A stretch of 64,000 nt of DNA from Eledone cirrhosa (taxonomy: Eukaryota): positions 3,348,001 through 3,412,000 of the forward strand of contig OZ024765.1 of NCBI GenBank assembly GCA_964016885.1. Direction: 5' to 3'. A model generated the notes under the pieces. The model did not search any database. It was not told the origin of the DNA and saw only the letters and a program-made list of their open reading frames with translations. This document shows positions 63,709 through 64,000 of this stretch, one piece after another. The position numbers were made by a program, and so were the translations under genes. Each line of letters starts with the position of its first letter. The stretch's first letter is position 1.

Positions 63709-64000
63709 CATACACACAATGTGTGAATGTACACAACGTAATTTCGTTGGACTTATGATCATAATTGTTTCTACTTTAGGCACAAGGCCAGCAATTAGCC
63801 AGTGCATTACTGGTACTTTATTTTATCGACCCCGTAAGGATGAAAGGCAAAGTAAACCTCGGCGGGATTTGAACTCAGATCGTAAAGGGACGTAACTATG
63901 CTGGAAAGCATGGCGTCCGACTCTCTACCGATACTGCCAATGATCATAATGTCGTTGGTTTGATTCCTGGATTGTGTGGTATGTTGTGTTCTTTAGCAAA

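Overview
A 64-kb, gene-poor, repeat-saturated eukaryotic segment. The SINE families, RTE remnants and (TA)n/(CA)n/(GGT)n load suggest an octopod cephalopod; this is inferred, not confirmed. No intact protein-coding gene is supported, and almost all long ORFs in the track are microsatellite translations. Recognisable content: RTE LINE remnants and short bipartite RTE derivatives, two tRNA-derived SINE families, a Penelope-like GIY-YIG endonuclease remnant, CRE-type restriction-like endonuclease remnants, Helitron pieces, Tc/pogo-, hAT- and piggyBac-like MITEs, several TE-derived minisatellites, a 5.3-kb pentamer satellite with a 1.64-kb higher-order duplication, a tRNA-like cloverleaf and a decayed Capicua (CIC-L N-terminal) fragment. 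The main signal is non-coding. By eye I find about 19 complete or nearly complete type I minimal hammerhead ribozyme motifs (stem I, CUGANGA, stem II, GAAA, palindromic loop, NUH, stem I') in about 7 sequence families. They include four divergent inverted ribozyme pairs, long-stem-II variants, C-for-U core variants, and one motif directly behind the Penelope endonuclease stop codon. All structures were folded by hand; none is tested.
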